From Chiloscyllium plagiosum (taxonomy: Eukaryota): a DNA stretch of 20,000 nt. Shown here in pieces: positions 16,868 to 20,000 of this stretch. Location of the stretch: positions 6,287,858 through 6,307,857 of the forward strand of contig NC_057750.1 in the NCBI RefSeq assembly GCF_004010195.1, written 5' to 3'. The notes below the pieces were generated by a model, which saw only the letters and a list, made by a program, of their open reading frames with translations, was not told where the DNA came from and did no database searches. The position numbers were made by a program, and so were the translations under genes. Positions within the stretch are counted from its first letter, which is position 1; every line of letters begins with the position of its first letter.

Positions 16868-17214
16868 TTGGCCCATTGAGTCTGCTCCACCACTCGATCG
16901 TGTAACAGAGTGGGGTCACATGACTGTGTTTGAGAGTAGATAAACAAATATTAGATAACTTCCCTGGAGCAATAGCCTTTACCCCACACCCTCCCTCCCG
17001 TCTCTTCTCTGAAAATTCTCTCATCAAGGTTGGTGAGGTGCAACCCCACTGGAAAGCATCATCACCACCAGGAGGATTTCTAAAGGACAATTCGAAACCT
17101 GCGCCTCCATAAAAGGGGATTCAGCCGGTCATAACTGGTCCAGGCAGAAACCCCAGTGCCAATGGGTTTTGGAGCAAAGTGAGCTCAGCTTCAGACCAAT
17201 GTTTGGATGACTCT

Positions 17215-17380
17215 TCCACCCACAGTCCAAAGATGTTCAGGTTGGGGTGGATCGGCTCTGGGAAATGCAAGGTTACAGGGATAGGGTCAGGGTGAGGATC
17301 TGGGTGGGGTGCTCTTCAGAGGGTTGGTGTGGACTCGATGGGCCAGATGGTCTGCTTCCACACTGTAGGCATCCTGTGAT
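17215..17380 (+). mobile_element. V-SINE 3' half
   Basis: CCCACAGTCCAAAGATGTTCAGGTT...GTGGACTCGATGGGCCAGATGGTCTGCTTCCACACTGTAGG. Confidence 0.75.
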
Positions 17381-17547
17381 CTTCAGTTGCGTCTGAAATG
17401 GCTGAGTAAGCCGCTCAGTACAGGGACAATCAGGGACGGATGCCAAACGTTTCAGGCCTTGCCAGTGACATCCACATCGCGTGAAAGAATAAGTAAAAAT
17501 ACCTCAGACACAATTTCATTAAAATATTTTTTTAAATGATTATCCAT

Positions 17548-18639
17548 TGTGATGACGCTGCTTCTTCAACAAGGTTATGTTGTCCTTGGCTATTTTGTTT
17601 CAGGAGATCATAAAAATACAAGTTCCAAAAAAGTCGACGTTTGGATGGGTTTTGGGACCAGTTTGATTATAGCTAACAGATACTGCTTCAGGAAAAAGGC
17701 TTTCAAGTTTTAAAAAAACATTTGTACTTACCTAAGTATGAAGGGAATTGATAAGATCGAAGCAGAGATGATGTTGCCACTGGTGGGTGAAACTGGGACA
17801 AGAGGGTGTTGTCTCAAAATTAGCGGGAGCAGATTTGGGACAGAATCGAGAAGGAATGTCTTCACCCAGAAGGCTTTGTAACTCTATGGAATTACCTGCC
17901 CAGAGAAGCAGTTGACGTTACTTCAGTAAACATTTTTAAAGCCAAGGTGGGTTTTTTTTTTAACAATAAAAGAGTTAAGAGATATGATGAGAGGGTGGGT
18001 TAGTGGATAATTATTTGAACAGTGAAGGAATGAAAGGTTATGGTGAAGGGGGCGGGTAAGTGGAGCTGAGTCCACGATACAGATCAGCCATGATCTTACT
18101 GAATGGGGGAGCAGGCTGGAGGAGCCAGATGGCTCACTCCTGCTCCTTGTTCCTATGCTCTTATGTCCAATGAAAGGGGAGTGGCCAGCTCAGCTCTTCT
18201 CTGGTTTGGTTTGGGTTTTAGCAGGCTGGATATTCACTGAAAGCAGTCAGGCAGGTTTGGGCCTGCTAGCCCAGGAAGAATCTACATGAAAGAGGGTGGT
18301 CCACACTGAATCCCTCTGTTGTCTCTCTCTCTCTCTCTCTCTGTGACCTCTCTCTTGTAAGACCCTGCGTTTGATTTTTCCTTTTCATGCCAAGGAGTGT
18401 TATGGGGATTGTTGCATGTATTGCGAACAGCATCATTAAGTTGGGATGATCTGTTGGGTTTTTGGAGAGGTTAAGTTTCATTCAGTAATCTTGCAAATAA
18501 ATTCTGTTTTGTTTAAACTAAGTGGGTTTGACCAGCTGCATCTCACCAGGAATATCCACTATACACCTGCAACGAGCAAATGGAGGGTCTGGGCTACTTT
18601 CTTGCAATGTTTTGAGGGGGTCTGACCTGGTCCATGACA
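17548..18639 (+). mobile_element. Solo LTR (Gypsy-like) interrupted by a CR1 fragment
   Basis: Ends TGTGATG...CATGACA (6/7 inverted), 4-bp flanks CCAT (17544-17547) / TCAT (18640-18643), AATAAA at 18496, internal (CT)n. Confidence 0.6.
17730..18166 (+). mobile_element. CR1-clade LINE 3' end
   Basis: TTCACCCAGA...CTATGGAATTACCTGCCCAGAGAAGCAGTTGA...AGATCAGCCATGATCTTACTGAATGG...ACTCCTGCTCCTTGTTCCTATG. Confidence 0.85.
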
Positions 18640-18789
18640 TCATTAACGTAACCAAAACGCTGCAAGGAATTGAATTGTTGACAGACTGGTGGGGAGATAC
18701 GGAATAAGTTCTCTGAACGAAAGAAATAAAAATAGATAAAAGGAATATGGAGGAAGAAGTTGAAATTACATAATACTCATTAACCAAAG

Positions 18790-18930
18790 AAACATTCTGC
18801 ACAGCACAGAAACAGGCCCTTCAGCCCATGATGCTGTGGCAAACATAATGCCAAATTAAACTAATCCCTTCTGCCTGCCCTTTGTCCTTACCCCTCCAAT
18901 CTTTGCATCTTCATGTTTTTATCTAAGTGT
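18790..18930 (-). mobile_element. CR1-type 3' tail fragment
   Basis: CACAGCACAGAAACAGGCCCTTCAGCCCA...TTATCTAA. Confidence 0.6.
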
Positions 18931-19139
18931 TGCATAGTGTAAGGAAAGGTGTAGTAACAAGCTCCAGACTAGAACTGTGGCAACGTTTAGGAGATGGACA
19001 TTCTAGTCAGAAACAGAAGCCCAGGGAGGCGAGGTGACGCGTAAATGTTAATGAGCCTGTGAGGTACTGCATTGCAACCACATGAATGCAAATGAACAGC
19101 AGGGACTCAAGTCAACAATGAGCCCAATGCACTCACAAG

Positions 19140-19262
19140 TTCAAGGTTTTAAATCCCAGAGAGGTGAGGACCCTGTGCTGCCTGACTGAGGGCGTGTCAC
19201 ACTGCCAGGGGAACTGTCTTTCAGATGTCAGATTGGGATCTCATCTACTCTCACAGGTAAGG
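19140..19262 (+). mobile_element. Degenerate Deu-SINE-type head
   Basis: ACTGAGGGCGTGTCACACTGCCAGGGGAACTGTCTTTCAGATG...TCTACTCTCACAGGT; family assignment is from recalled consensus. Confidence 0.45.
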
Positions 19263-19529
19263 AATCAAGCCTTCAAGTCTTGGTCAATAGTTAATACCTG
19301 ACCAAGTAAAGCAGTAAATTCAATTCCTCTATGGTACCTTTGACTTTATCTCAGCACCTGTACCTGTATCTCTTTGTAATGGTCTGTTATATGTTGTGTT
19401 TCCCTCATACCATCTCCATCTCTCTGTCTCTTGTCTATTTCTAAGCATGTCTTTGTGTATTCAGAACTCAAACACATTTGCTGCATTTCCCCCTGTACAA
19501 CTCTATGTTTCTTGCTCACTAGCTAATTT

Positions 19530-19912
19530 TCATCTCTGTCTCACTGTCTCTGTGTCTTGCTCTGTCTCTCTCCCTCACTCTATCTCTCTCTGTCTCTTGC
19601 CCATTCTCTCTATCCCACTGTCTCTCTCTGTCACACACACACACACACACACACCCAGACACACACTTTAATTTTGATTTGCATTCTAATAGGACTTTTA
19701 CCCGTTTTAGCTGGTCACTCTCACTCAGACACACACCCCACACACACACACACACACCCAGACACACACACACACACCCAGACACACTCACACACACACA
19801 CACACAACACACACACACCCAGACACACTCACACACACACACACACACCTATCTTTCAGTCTCTCCAACTTCATTTACTTCATTTACTGTCGATCCATGG
19901 ATCTCTTACCCC

Positions 19913-19946
<34 letters not shown>

Positions 19947-20000
19947 TGCTCTCTCTCCCCCCATCTCTCTGTATCACTCTGTTTGTCTCTCTGCTCCCTG
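19530..20000 (+). repeat. Compound CT-rich / (CA)n / (CT)n microsatellite region
   Basis: (CA)n at 19632-19668 and 19722-19848 with CCCAGA interruptions; (CT)n at 19913-19960. Confidence 0.92.

Noticed and set aside
16915..16924. GTCACATGAC E-box/CLEAR-like motif
   Set aside because: A single short motif with no promoter context.
19396..19848. ORFs rich in CV/TH/ER repeats
   Set aside because: Translations of CA/CT microsatellites.

Overview
Non-genic, repeat-saturated vertebrate genomic DNA. It is very probably from a cartilaginous fish (shark), inferred from HE1-type V-SINEs, HER1/CR1-type LINE tails, Deu-domain SINEs and a 69-bp minisatellite. A 924-N assembly gap spans 11941-12864. I find no intact protein-coding gene. 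The one recognisable gene-derived sequence is a decayed, intronless RPL19 retrocopy (1474-2515) with a poly(A) remnant and a 12-bp target-site duplication (TSD). It sits inside a CR1 tail and is itself interrupted three times. The most interesting signal is a set of about 12 short (90-230 bp) dispersed elements of about four sequence families carrying minimal hammerhead-ribozyme motifs (CTGAnGA-N-stem II-GAAA-palindromic CG/GC-UH), typical of Penelope-like element termini. Several are flanked by 9-22 bp duplications, several are head-to-head palindromes, and two have 5' ends at the predicted self-cleavage site. Other structure: a four-layer nested insertion (Deu-SINE > solo LTR > Tx1/L1-like > CR1), a MER44/Tigger-like MITE, a 52-bp tandem expansion inside a V-SINE, a snap-back SINE-head palindrome, a ~165-bp inverted duplication and a 131-bp tandem duplication. 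Repeat family names come from my recollection of consensus sequences and need confirming with Dfam/RepeatMasker.
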